A stretch of 64,000 nt of DNA from assembly GCF_000181795.1 (NCBI RefSeq), contig NW_003526941.1, forward strand, positions 5,371,053-5,435,052. Direction: 5' to 3'. The position numbers and the translations under genes are program-made. Source of the stretch: Trichinella spiralis (Eukaryota). Below, piece after piece: positions 22,730 through 45,403 of the stretch. Numbering within the stretch: position 1 is the first letter of the stretch; the number at the start of each line of letters is the position of its first letter. The notes beneath the pieces were generated by a model. That model did no database searches. It saw nothing but the letters and a program-made list of their open reading frames with translations, and was not told the DNA's origin.

Positions 22730-23701
22730 ATGGAAACTCCCCCACGTTATGAGTTGCTTGGTCCGGCAAGAAAAGCGAAATTGAATGTAGAACAGAATGC
22801 AGCTGAAAAGCGCATGCTGCTGACTGTAACTTGTGCTATGCTGGGCCTGACCATTCTCGTGATCACCGTTGGAATTGCAGTATTTCTGCTACTGGAGAGC
22901 GGTTGGAATGGCAAAGCTTTAAAAAAATTTTCCCTAATAGCGAAATCTGCAAAAATTGATTCAGTGGTCGATTTGAACGAAGTGTGCAATGAACTTAGCA
23001 CTGATTCGTACTGTGCATTTTCTCCCAAAATGCACGTCAGCAGCTGCAAAGAATTCTTATGCGAATCTTACTCTTGGAAGCTGAATTCATTTGCACATAA
23101 AATGGGAATAAGTTACATAAAAAGGTCGATCTCAATCAGACCCCCTGATGGCACTCCTTGTGGTCCAAGAAGTTGGTGCTTTGAAGAGCAATGTGTACCT
23201 TCTTATGATCGTGAGATCATGTACAAATTGCATGAGAATAGAGAAGGTTCATGGGTTGAAGATAGACCAGATAATTCGGGATGTTTCCAGTTCGGCAATC
23301 AATTCTCTGTGAAGAATCTGCTCAGTGAACCATCTGAAGGTAAATGTACAAGTGAACGATACCAGCTGAAGTTGCGGTTATTCAAATGTGATTATGCAAA
23401 AGGAGTATCTCAACCGTGTTCACAAAGACATTTGCATAACTATTTTAGTTGGAAAAATCCATTGCTGTTTAATTTTCCAGCAAGAAGCACTTGTATCATC
23501 CCAACGACGAAAGATGCGGCATTAGAGATTTGTAAAAACAAACGTAGAGTAGGTAACGTAAAAGTAAGAGGCTGCACATATAGATGCAGTGATGAGGATG
23601 CATTCACAGTTTTCACCAATCCTGTAGAATGCGAAATTGCCAGCAATCGCAAAGGCCATTGTTTTCTCGGTATGTGCATTCCCAGAGTAATTGTTTACTG
23701 A
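22730..23701 (+). CDS. Type II membrane cysteine-rich protein with ADAM/ADAMTS Cys-rich-like motifs and no protease domain
   Basis: 323-aa ORF with one hydrophobic segment at aa ~29-55 and 18 Cys after it. Motifs PPDGTPCGPRSWCFEEQCV and GHCFLGMC are present; there is no HExxH. A probable 5'UTR intron lies at 22624-22703 (gtgagt..tttcag). Confidence 0.75.
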   Translation: METPPRYELLGPARKAKLNVEQNAAEKRMLLTVTCAMLGLTILVITVGIAVFLLLESGWNGKALKKFSLIAKSAKIDSVVDLNEVCNELSTDSYCAFSPKMHVSSCKEFLCESYSWKLNSFAHKMGISYIKRSISIRPPDGTPCGPRSWCFEEQCVPSYDREIMYKLHENREGSWVEDRPDNSGCFQFGNQFSVKNLLSEPSEGKCTSERYQLKLRLFKCDYAKGVSQPCSQRHLHNYFSWKNPLLFNFPARSTCIIPTTKDAALEICKNKRRVGNVKVRGCTYRCSDEDAFTVFTNPVECEIASNRKGHCFLGMCIPRVIVY

Positions 23702-24686
23702 CTGTTTCATTATTAATTAATTACACTTTACTAAATTTATATTTGCGTTTAACAAAAGTTTTTCCAATTTGCGCTTATTTTACATCATATCATCCATGTA
23801 CTCAGCAACTGTGAATGTAAATTATTACCAATCCATTTTTACATTTTGAAAATAAAATTAAATTAAATTAAAAAATAAATATATTAAACGCACACTGTTA
23901 CACACTTTTCAACGTACCGTGTTAACAACGATAAATGATAAAAATTTAAAACGCGTGCAAAGAAAATGCAAATTAAAGAAGATAGAACGCACAAAGTCCA
24001 ATTAAATAAATACCTGCTTGTACACCGCTGATGGAGGAGAAGCTTGTCAAATTTAAGCATTGACAAAGTGGAAATTATGACACGGAAAAAATAGGCAGGC
24101 GACTGCATGAATGAAATATTGGCGAAACAATAGTATATATTCGATTTTGTCTACGCTGCGCGTTGGTTTGTTTACGTTGCAAAATTTGCATAAAGATGCG
24201 CATGAACGAAAAGAATTAGTGACGATGCATTTTTACGTGAAAATCTGCATAAAGGTATAAGCGCATAAAATTACTTGCAATTTTGCATACATCGAATGAT
24301 AGTATTTCAACGTTCGTGCTATGTGCGCTTCTACTACTGACTACTACTACTATCTATCTGTTAACAACTATGCATGATAATAAAACGTGACGCGAATTGT
24401 AAATGAAATTTTAATTTTATTCAAATCAAAATAACACTAATGATTACTAGAGTAATTACAGTAATCAATTTTATATATCACATATATCCTAATTTATCGG
24501 CTTAAAACAATATATAAGATAGAGCGGTCTTTTCGATTAAAGATTGCACGGGCTGCCCAAGTTTGAAAAGAAAAAACTTTCAAGTGAAACGGATAAAAAA
24601 GAAATTTCGTTTACAATTAATTACATACAATACATGATCGAGTGAAACAATAAATAATAACGGATGAAATGATAGGCAAAGTAAAC

Positions 24687-27731
<3,045 letters not shown>

Positions 27732-29236
27732 GGCTAACAATTGAACAGATTAATAAATGTAGCCAAAGACAGACAAGAACAAGCAAATTGAAGGACAGAC
27801 AGACAACAAAGCAAAGGAGAGGGAGAGAAAGAGAGAGAGATGATACTCTATAATAGGATATATGAGTAAAAGCTTGTCAAATCTAGCTGGACAAAGAAGA
27901 AGCCAGTTCCAATATTTTAACAAATGTCAGGATTGATTTATTTAGTTGGTTGCAAAATAATCGGCGGATGGGTGCGTTTGTGACTTTTTTGAAAATTGGT
28001 AAAATTCTCTTCAAACCGAATGTAAGCAAAATGAATAAATGCTGTGCAAAGACGATCAGTGGGAAATAACTTTCTTAGAAACTAAGCAACAGCCAAGCTT
28101 CTATCAAGCGAGCTTGTCAGAAGAGGCTGTGCGCAAAGCCGTTAACGCTTCGATCGACCGACGAATAATCTGGTAGGGATCAGCGGAGAATTATCAATTT
28201 GACCAATCAACGATGAATTAACGACAGCGTGTTGAACACTAATCCGACGTCTACTGGCGAACAGGCGCACCGCATCCGCAGAACCAAATGACGGTGGCTA
28301 CAGTACCACCTCTTCACGTTTGTGTGAAAGTCGAGTCGGCTGACCTGGCTGTGTTTTTGGCCACCACCGTTGTGTTCGCTAATTCTGTCGTCGCCATTAG
28401 CTATCCACTGGCAGCTGTTCTGACTCGGCTAAGCTAAAATGGCTTACGGTTCAAGCTGTGAAATGCAACTCTAGCACACACCATTCGTGCGCTGTTGATC
28501 CTTCAGTTTACCAGCGTCAGTGATACTATTTCCTGCCGTTACGCTTCTCCCAAGAAACAGAAGCTAATTTCTCAGACAAACTTGCCAACTGGCTCAATTT
28601 TCATTAAACAAAACACAAAACATACATTCAAATAAATATGCTTGTTTCACTAATAAATTAGTTGTTGTTTGTTACAAACGGCCAAACTTGAACGCTTACT
28701 CTCTCTTTCTCTCTCATTCGTGTGTGTTCAAACAATTGCATTTCTCTTCAAATTGAACCATCTTGTTTGCTTCTACCGCTAATCAGGCTTCAAGCTAATG
28801 GTTACATTTTATAAGCTGTTAATCATTTAAGAAAAATTTGCATTCATCAAACAACGAAACCAATTAATTATTAGCATATTGTACACGCCGTGGTATCATC
28901 AGTTCAAATATCTCAAATTCGATTGTTTCGCCTTTTTCTTTTCAATCTACTTTATCATACTAAAAATAAAGAATTCATTATTATCATTGAATTGAACTGA
29001 ATTAATAATGTTCGTAGAATATTAGCCGTTCTGAAAAGCACCTATTAGTAGAATAGCGGTTGCTTGATTTTCTGTATTCTATATTGCGTTAAAATCATAA
29101 TTAATTATAAAAACGATTTTTTATCATCTTCCGCTTCAATATGAATAGCAATAATAACGCTCTGGTGGAGATGTTGGCAAATGATTTTTTGCATTTTGTT
29201 GCTAAAGTAAAAAAAAGCCTTCTTCATCGGTTTTCT

Positions 29237-30297
29237 TCAATCCTCTTTGCATATCATGTGACGGAAAAACTGTTTTCTCTGCAGTTGAGATTTGTCGTTG
29301 ATTTTGCGCTCTCTTTGTTCTGGATCGCGTTTTTTCAACAACTTGAACGCTTCCGGATCAAAGTCAGTGAAAAGTATCTTGTGATCATGACCACAGCTTG
29401 CCAGTACACGCCGGTCGTGAGTTGAAGCCAAAGCGACCACACCGTCGTCGTGGGCGGCTAAAACGGTGATGAAACGATTCGGACAGAGGTGAGTAATACG
29501 AACGCTGCCGTCCAATGAGGCGCTTGCCAGAAGTCGATCATCCAGCAGGCAAAGGTCTTCGACCGAATCTTGGTGACCAGTGTCAAGGCGCTCGACAATA
29601 GTACCCCACTGGTCCCAGTTGAACACTTCCAAATAGCCGTTGCCGGAACTGCAAAGGACCCGTTTGCCTGAAACACGTTTTAATTTGCATAATCAACAAA
29701 TATGGAACACAAAGCGAAACCTTGCATGGCAATGACCAGAGAAAGCAATTCAGTGTGCATCTCTTCGGACTGGCAAATCGGCTTCATTGTGCGCAAATCG
29801 ACCGCAGTCAGAGTCGCATCACCGGACGTGAACAGCAACGTCGTCTTGGCCACGTCGCAGACAAAGTCGGACACGAAATCAACGCATTCGTGGAATTCAG
29901 CCACGGCCGGCTTCCGGTCGAGGCGCCAATCCCAAATTTTGCAAACACCATTTTCATCCCCAGTGGCGATCAGATGCTGGTCAATTGGATACAATGAATA
30001 AGGAGCGTGGTTGTGGGCAATTTGAATGCAGCGCATTTTCGAACCCGACTGCAAGTCTTGTTGGCAAAGTGCCAAATTTTTAGATACAACATAAAGACTG
30101 TTTCCGTCGACCGCGAATTTGCAACCTCGCACGGCTGCTTTGTACCGCTTCCGCCATCTCTGGCTGATCGTTCTGCTTTGGTTGTCCCCTTCTAAATGCA
30201 ACAATCGCACAGAACCGTCCACACAGCCGACCGCAAATGCATAACTGAACGGATGAGCATCCAAACACACTGGCAAATTGGGCAGTTTAAATTCCAT
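29237..30297 (-). CDS. WDR55: WD-repeat protein 55 (Jip5-like); an extra upstream exon is possible
   Basis: Exons 30297-29721 and 29667-29237 (phase-1 intron). Motifs IATGDENGVCKIWDWR, DFVSDF, TSGDATLTAVDLR, QSEEMHTELLS, YLEVFNWDQWG and LASCGHD; the basic C-terminus ends QFFRHM. Confidence 0.85.
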
Positions 30298-32659
30298 ACC
30301 GTCGACAACGGAAATTAAGCTTTACAATGAGATGATGCATTGATTTCATTGAAAATGCGCGCATTCACAAGTCTCATTCAATTCACCCGCTACTTGTACT
30401 GTGCCTGCCAATTGTGGGATAAAAGGAAACTGAAAAAAAGAAAAACAAATCGACATAATCATCATTTATTAGCATCAATTGAAAAATCTGTCCATAAATA
30501 AAAACAAAATAAAGATAAAATCAACCACGCTAAAATGATACATCTGCTGCAATTCCGAACGATGCGATAAAAGATAATTTTCCTCCACACTAGGCTCAAA
30601 CAGTGGTTGTGGAATTAAAGTGAACGGGAAAAAACGATTTTACGCAACTGCCAAAAATGAAAAAAAATAAATTTATTAATAAAATTACCTTATTTAATAA
30701 GTAAATCTTATTATTTGCGTGGAAAATTTTGTCAATAAAAGTTTGACCGATTGTACGATGTTTGAGCGAGGCGAATTAACTTTGCACATGTTACATGTGG
30801 TTCATGCGTAGCGCCGCATGTCAAGATAATGTCTTTCTAGCATTGTGCAAGATTTAAGCCTACTAATCTAGTCAAATCAATATGAAGACCAAAAAAACAA
30901 CAACAACAATGAATCAAAACAAGAAGAAACCAATCAACATGGCAAAAGTTGAAAGAGAAGCATGATCAAGTGTTGCGTTGAACAAAAAGTAACCGCAAAA
31001 ATGGTAACCTCGATCACTACTGCTATCTGAAGTTGAAATTTCATACCAGAGTTCAATATTGCCTAATGTGCATGCACAATTTTGCAGCATAAATTTATTA
31101 CGAAAAATCAAACTAACAGAAATCTAAAAACTAATGTATACATATTCTTCTTCAATATCTATCGGTAAAGTAAATTGAACTGTTCACAAACAACAATGCA
31201 TACTCATTGAACTGGGAATATTGAAAGTAAATATAATACAACTGCAACCTAACTTAAATGAAATGAATTAAATAACTGGCAAGTTATCAAAGTATAATAA
31301 TAATCATAATAATAATGTGTGCATTCTCAACATGAAGGTGCATAAAACGTCACATTTAGCAATTATTTTACCTTGCACTGATAAAAGTTGAAACAACATA
31401 AAAATACAAATAAACTTATTAAATATATATTTTCGCAAACCACAGTCACGTTAAAAAATGCAAAAAACAGGTAATTTTAAATTTTTTAAAGAAAGATGCA
31501 ACAATTTCACACTGTACAAAACTGATTTTCAGGTTTAAATCTTTTGCGAAACTTCTGTTTTGTACAGTTAATGTACACACAGGCATATAATATGTATAAT
31601 ATATACATATATATGTATGTATGAAAATGTCAAGTGAAATTCATGACATGCTTTCAAGAATAATTTTATTTAAAAACTTATAAAAAGTCAACTGAAAGTT
31701 TCTTTTTCATTTGTAGAGCTTGCTTGAATAGTTGTGTGCATTTGAAATGTAAACAGTGAAAAATGTTGCGCATCAACGAATAGATAACTGAAATCTGATA
31801 AACCAATTTTTATTACAATACAAATGACACTTTTATTGTTGACTTTTTTCCCTTTTGTATTCTCAGCTGCGTCAAGCAATTTTCATAACAAATGCAACAA
31901 GAGCAGTTTGATTGAATTTTAAAATTACTTTATTCAACTGTTCATGCGTAACGCTAAAAAACAGAAATAACTAACGAAAGAATGTATCAATCCAACAGCA
32001 ATGCTTGCAATCTGTTTGCAAGTGGAGGAGTGGTAAAAAAAGAACAATAATAAGAATAATAGAGAGAAAGAGAGAGAGAATAGAAAAAAAACATTTCAGC
32101 AGTATGAATGCTACGTCCATGTGATAGTGAACAACATAAACTGTTTAAACAAATAACAAGTTACAGTATGTGGGAAAAGTTATACTTCATCAGGTGGAAA
32201 AAGTGCTTGAAACATTAAAAGCAACAATGTCCGCTAAAACTGTATGTGCTGTTGATCAGATGGGGTAAAACGAGCAGTTGGATGAATGGAAATGCACGAG
32301 AGTGGAATAAATAATAATAATAATAATAATAATAATACATAGAATGTAAGCGCAATTATTCACACTCTGGGCAGCAAGAAAAAGAAAACAAAAAAATTGA
32401 AAGCAAAAATTAAGAGTAGCATTATATTTTCGCCGTGAGCAAAACCGAGACTAATGAACAAAAAATAAAGTAGAAGATTAAAAAAAATGTAGGTGAACAA
32501 AAGAGTATATATATATATATATGTATGTATGTATGTAACGTGCATTAAGTGGCTAAAGAAGTTCGTTCAACGGGTGGAAAAAAAACAAAGAAACAAACTG
32601 ATGATAAAAATTGAAAATATTTTTAAAAATATTATTATCCAAGTTTGTGAAACTTGAAA

Positions 32660-40034
<7,375 letters not shown>

Positions 40035-43000
40035 TTTCACAAGTGAGCGTAGTGGAAAGCGATACGACGAATATGATTTTCGCTTCTTCAACGAACGTCG
40101 ACAACGCTTCTACTTCAACACACTGAATTCAATCGACTACATGCCAGATAGATGGATGATCAGTGCTGAAATTGAAAGCAACATCATTTGCAAAAGTGAA
40201 AAAGAAAATAGCAACAACTTGGAGAAATCCAATCAGATCAAAAATCTACCTTTAAAAAAATAACACAATTCGATAATAATCACAACAACAACAACAAAAT
40301 TTTTTCTTTTAAAAAAAAAGTACTTCAATTTCAAATTGTCCGTTGTACACAGTGAAAGGAGAGAAAAAAGCAATTTAACAATGGAAAGTCAACAGAGTAA
40401 TGGTTCGAGTGAAACCGTCCGGCAGGACAAAAGCAGCCACCTTTCTTTCACACGGTACAACTCGAAATGACCGTGCACCTCTCGGTCACGCAAACCGTTC
40501 CACAACTGCCAACAATACAGGCCAAAATGGCCTTTGCAGCAGTAGTTCACTTGGCTATATTACTGAACAACAATAAATCTTCCCCCTCCCCCCATTTCTT
40601 CCATAATTTTCCCAGCGTAGTTTTTTTCTCCACTATAAACTCAGAGAAAAATGATCATCCCATGATAAAGCTTCGCTTATTTAGGTTATCATCAAAGCGC
40701 AACAACACATTTCAAAATATCACAATCTCTGACTGTGACAAAACTATAACTATACATTATGTTCATCGTACAAATGAAACAACTTTACGAACAATTCAAA
40801 TCAAACAATCTGAAAAATTTATTTCAAAAATAAAACAATACAGTACATTAAATTAGTGAAAACAAAAAAGTTGCTTCACAAAAAAAACAAAATTAAAATT
40901 CTTTACATTAAAGTATCCCATGTGATAACAAAATTATTTTTTACGTTTTCCGTGACTCGGGCAGGAAAACTGTTCAACCAAAAAGATTTTTTTTGCACTT
41001 TATGACACTTCGCACCTGAATTTCACAAAAATCAAACCCCACTTAATCTACAGTAAACATTTTAAAAAGATGAACTAAATGCAAATTTTGAACCAATCAA
41101 ACGAAACTGAAACAAATAAACTCGAATAATTAATATAATAAATATTGCACGAAATCAGAGATGAAGATTTTCGCCGAATTAAACATATCGCATCAATCAC
41201 TTAATCATAGCGTTGACATTTATTGATCTGAAGAATATGTTCAAGTGATATTTGAAAATTATAATTTTCATATAAATTTCACCATTTCTACGTTTTCTGA
41301 CATATATTATGCATATGCAGCATTCACCTTGATTTATAATATTCATTTCATTTTAACTCAAAAAGAAATTATCGCTGCTTAAATAATACTGTTAATAATA
41401 TCACTAGTTTTTAAATATCAAAATGGAACTTCTACTTTAAAATTCTCGTAGAAAACTACACATTATTAAGAACTAGACGAATTCCAATTCAAAATACATT
41501 ACGGCATGCAACACGTAACCAAAAACAACAAATATCTATCTTAGTTTGCATTTTCATAAATGTTACTTATTATAAATTTCATCATTTTCATATAAAAATT
41601 CCATTTGAATACTTTTTAAATAAATGAATTAAATGATGATAAATTATTCAGCAGATTACAGTAAAATTTCAATAACAACAAAATTATAAATGCTCAAACT
41701 TGGCAACATAATGCATCAGTAATGAAATAAAATCACTAATTAAAAATTATTAAATATACATATATACATATATATATGTATAATAATCAATAATAGATAT
41801 TACACTGAAAAGCACATTGCATAATCAGTGCAGCAGCAAGCAAGTATGCATTGAAATGTAATAAATAAATGAATAACAAAGAAAATGTACTTTATAAGCA
41901 GAGTAAAACAATACTTACACACTACTAACCTTACCTATTACTCGCTTAGCGGAAATTCATTCTGTTCATTCCATTCAAACAACAGACATTATAAAACAGC
42001 TTTTGGAAACAAATCAAGTCAAATTAATTACACACAATCAAATAGACAGAAAAATCATTTACACTTTAAAAATAACCTCACCGAACGATCAACGATAACT
42101 TAATAATCAACAGTATTTTTATTTCAATTTATTTCGTTGAAAACTACGAATCAATAAGACCCTGTCCTAAATTATTCACTACAAGCCTGCTTATATTTTC
42201 TCAATTATGCTATGATTAAGCCGTTTAACATTACAATATTATTAAATATGTAAACTGCTGAACAACTTACGTGAAATTCAACCATTTAACACAAACAACG
42301 CAAATTCGACTTCCGCGGGAAAAACGGCATCCAATTACCGAATGAATGGCAACCTATAGTACTACTTCCGGTTAACTTGCAGGCTTGAACGACGCTACAA
42401 GAAAAAAAAATATATATTAATGAATAAAAACTGATCACTTCACAGAATAGATAACTGCGTCATTGCATGACTAAACAAAGTCAATCTTGTTGTGACGTTC
42501 ATTATTTGATAATATACCGTGCAGTGTAATTGAATATAATCTACCACGCAACGAGCACGTTTAGTAGCATTTGCCAAATATATTTTGCCTACTGTGCATC
42601 GGAAGTGAGTTTCGCATTGAACACCTCTAACTAACGTAAGACATTATTTATTTAATATATTTAAAAAATAATAATTTTTATAATAAAATTTCATCCAGGA
42701 TAATTCAATTTTTAAATTTCCGCCGGATGCCCAGTATCAGTAAAACTGAACACTGGATTTTAAAAATTATTTAAATAAATCGACAAACGTTAAATTTAAT
42801 ATTTCTGAATTTTTGTCTGTTATTCAACATTTACAGAATATAGATTCGCGAATAGCGAAGAGTAGATAATTTACTGATTTTCTGTAATTACTTTTTCAAA
42901 TGGGTTGAATGATAATAATAAATTTTTGATAAACATGAAATATTAATTTTCAAAATTAAAATATTATTAATAAAAATTTTATCGCTAAAAATACATATGA

Positions 43001-43294
43001 TACTTTTGTAGGTATACAATATGATTTTCAAGTTTTAATATCGAAACGACAAATTCGTCCATGCACTATGTATAGCATGTTTAATGTTTGCAATTGGCTG
43101 TTTCAAAATTGGGAAGAGAATGTTCGAAAACAACTTCCCGAACAAAATTATTAACCTATGAAGAGTTAATACCATTACGGTACCAGTGTCACACATTGCC
43201 ACGTCACGAAGAATTAGGTTTTTCATTTTGTCTTATTCGTTACGCAGCAACCTACCTTATTTGTAATAAATTTCAGTAAACAGTACTACTGCTG

Positions 43295-44887
43295 ATGAAC
43301 CTTCGTAAGAAACAGCTGAAAATCTTCATTCTCTTCATACTTATCCATCCTATAAATGCACTATTGCCGGGTTTATACTGCGGCGAACGAATTTGTTACG
43401 ATGGTAAAGTACATTTCCTCATTATAAACTTCCGCATTTTATTTGTATCTGTTTTAGTTTTAAATTTAACTCGCAATGCGACAAAAGTAAGTAAATTTAA
43501 AAGTGTATTTCACTTATTTTTTTAATTTATTTTTTTGAGAAAATGTTTTCATTTGTTAGAAGTTTAGAGTGAAATTTCTAAAGCCTACAGAAAGTTGGCT
43601 GGAAAGTTGCATCCTGATCGCCAACGAACTGCGGTATATTAACGAAAATTCCGTTGATTTTACTTTTCAGTTGATTTATTTCATTGCATTATTTAACATT
43701 TTACAGGAAGCGAAAGCGAAGGCCGAAGAACAATTCCGTGAAGTTGCGGTCGCATACGAGGTGATCATTTTTCCGAATTTTTATAATTGCCATTACAGAC
43801 ATTTTGGGATACTTATCATTTTAGACCCTTAAAGATGAAGAATCTAGAAAAAATTATGATTACATGCTCGACAACCCTGGTACAAATTCACCATGATCAC
43901 ATTATTGTTAAAATAGCACTAACAGCAATTTTTCCCTTCTTCAGAGGAAGTGTACAGGCACTATTGGTATTATTACAGACATCGCGTTACACCGAAAGTG
44001 GACGTCAGGATTGTCATTTTGGGCATAATTTTGTTAATTTCTATAATCCAGGTTTCAGTGTTTTATTTAACAATATAACAATATACCTATTTGAACAGTT
44101 TCATTTTTCAAGTATGTCAGCTCTTGGCATAAATATGAAGACGCTGTGAAGTATATGTCAACGCAAGCGAAGTATCGCTTACGGGCAAAAGAGATTGCTA
44201 AAGAGCGAGGTTTTCTCAGCGATATTCCAAAAACGGGAAAGAAAAGAAAAGAAAAAGTATTCATCTCCAGCTTTAAACTTTCATAAAAATTATCATTTGA
44301 ATTTTGCTTTCAAGGAAGAGCTACGCCAAGAAGAGGAAGCTATCATTATAGCCGTGATTCGTGAATTCGCTGATATAAGGTTATAAGAGACGGTTCTAAT
44401 AACTGCTTTTTCATATTCACGGAATAAAGAGTTCTGTTTTTCAGAGGAGGCTACGAAAAGCCAAATCTATCTGCAACATTAGCTGGAAGCATCATTCTTT
44501 TACCAGTGTACATTTATCGATGGTTGCGGTTTCATGTTAGATGGTTTTGGAAATTTACCATCCAAAAACAAGAATATGGTACTGAAGAGAAACTGCACCT
44601 AATACGAAAATATATGAACATGTCGCAGGCACAGTTCGATGTAATTTTGATCTGTTCGCATTTTTTGTATTGTTCATGTTGTAAAGTATGTAAATGTTTA
44701 GTGTATAAATGATAACGAGAAGAACGATTATCTTTACAAAGAATTATGGATTAAAGAAAAATTTGCCGTTTGGAAACAAAAGAAAGATGCAGAAGAGAAA
44801 CAAAAAATGGCCGAATCTGGACAGTACAAGCGTATGCGACGATATTTGAAGAAAGGAGTCAATCAGATAACATTCTTGGATGAATGA
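43295..44887 (+). CDS. DNAJC25: DnaJ homolog subfamily C member 25
   Basis: About 10 exons. A signal-like N-terminus is followed by GLYCGERICYDVL, the J domain [77 protein letters not shown]..EYG and ESGQYKRMRRYLKK; stop at 44885-44887. Confidence 0.92.
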
Positions 44888-45403
44888 AGAACAACTTCTC
44901 CCTGTTTGCAAGCAAGCCCTTAACGCCATCATCAGAGTTCGATGTTCAGTTTTGTTCAGTAAACAGTCCAAACAACTGTCATGTACTTTAATGCAATAAT
45001 ACTACCTGCAGCTGGAGCTGTACGCTTTATTATTTATTATTTCGTTCAACTTGCTTACTAAAAGTTAAAATTTTGTTCACACATCTTAGTAATTTTTCAA
45101 ATGTATTTTTTGAAATTTCTGATATTTCGACGGTAATAAAAAAAAATATTCAACAAATGAAAATTATTAATAAATACAGCTGATCCAGTTCTGCAGTGGT
45201 TACCGTAATCGAATGTGCACGATTGATCACAGCCTACTGTATTTGCAGCAGTTGATGTTGCTTAATCACTGTGCATGGGCAGATATAGGACAGTAAAATA
45301 ATGTGAATTGTTGGCAAGACGCGCAGTATTGAAATTTCATTAAAATCAAGTTCACTGTTCGCTTTGTTTGGCTTAAAAAAATTTTTTTTCAACAATTTTT
45401 TAG

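Noticed and set aside
40467..43280. Scattered short ORFs between the phosphatase and DNAJC25
   Set aside because: AT-rich with no motifs; more likely divergent promoter sequence and non-coding 5' exons.
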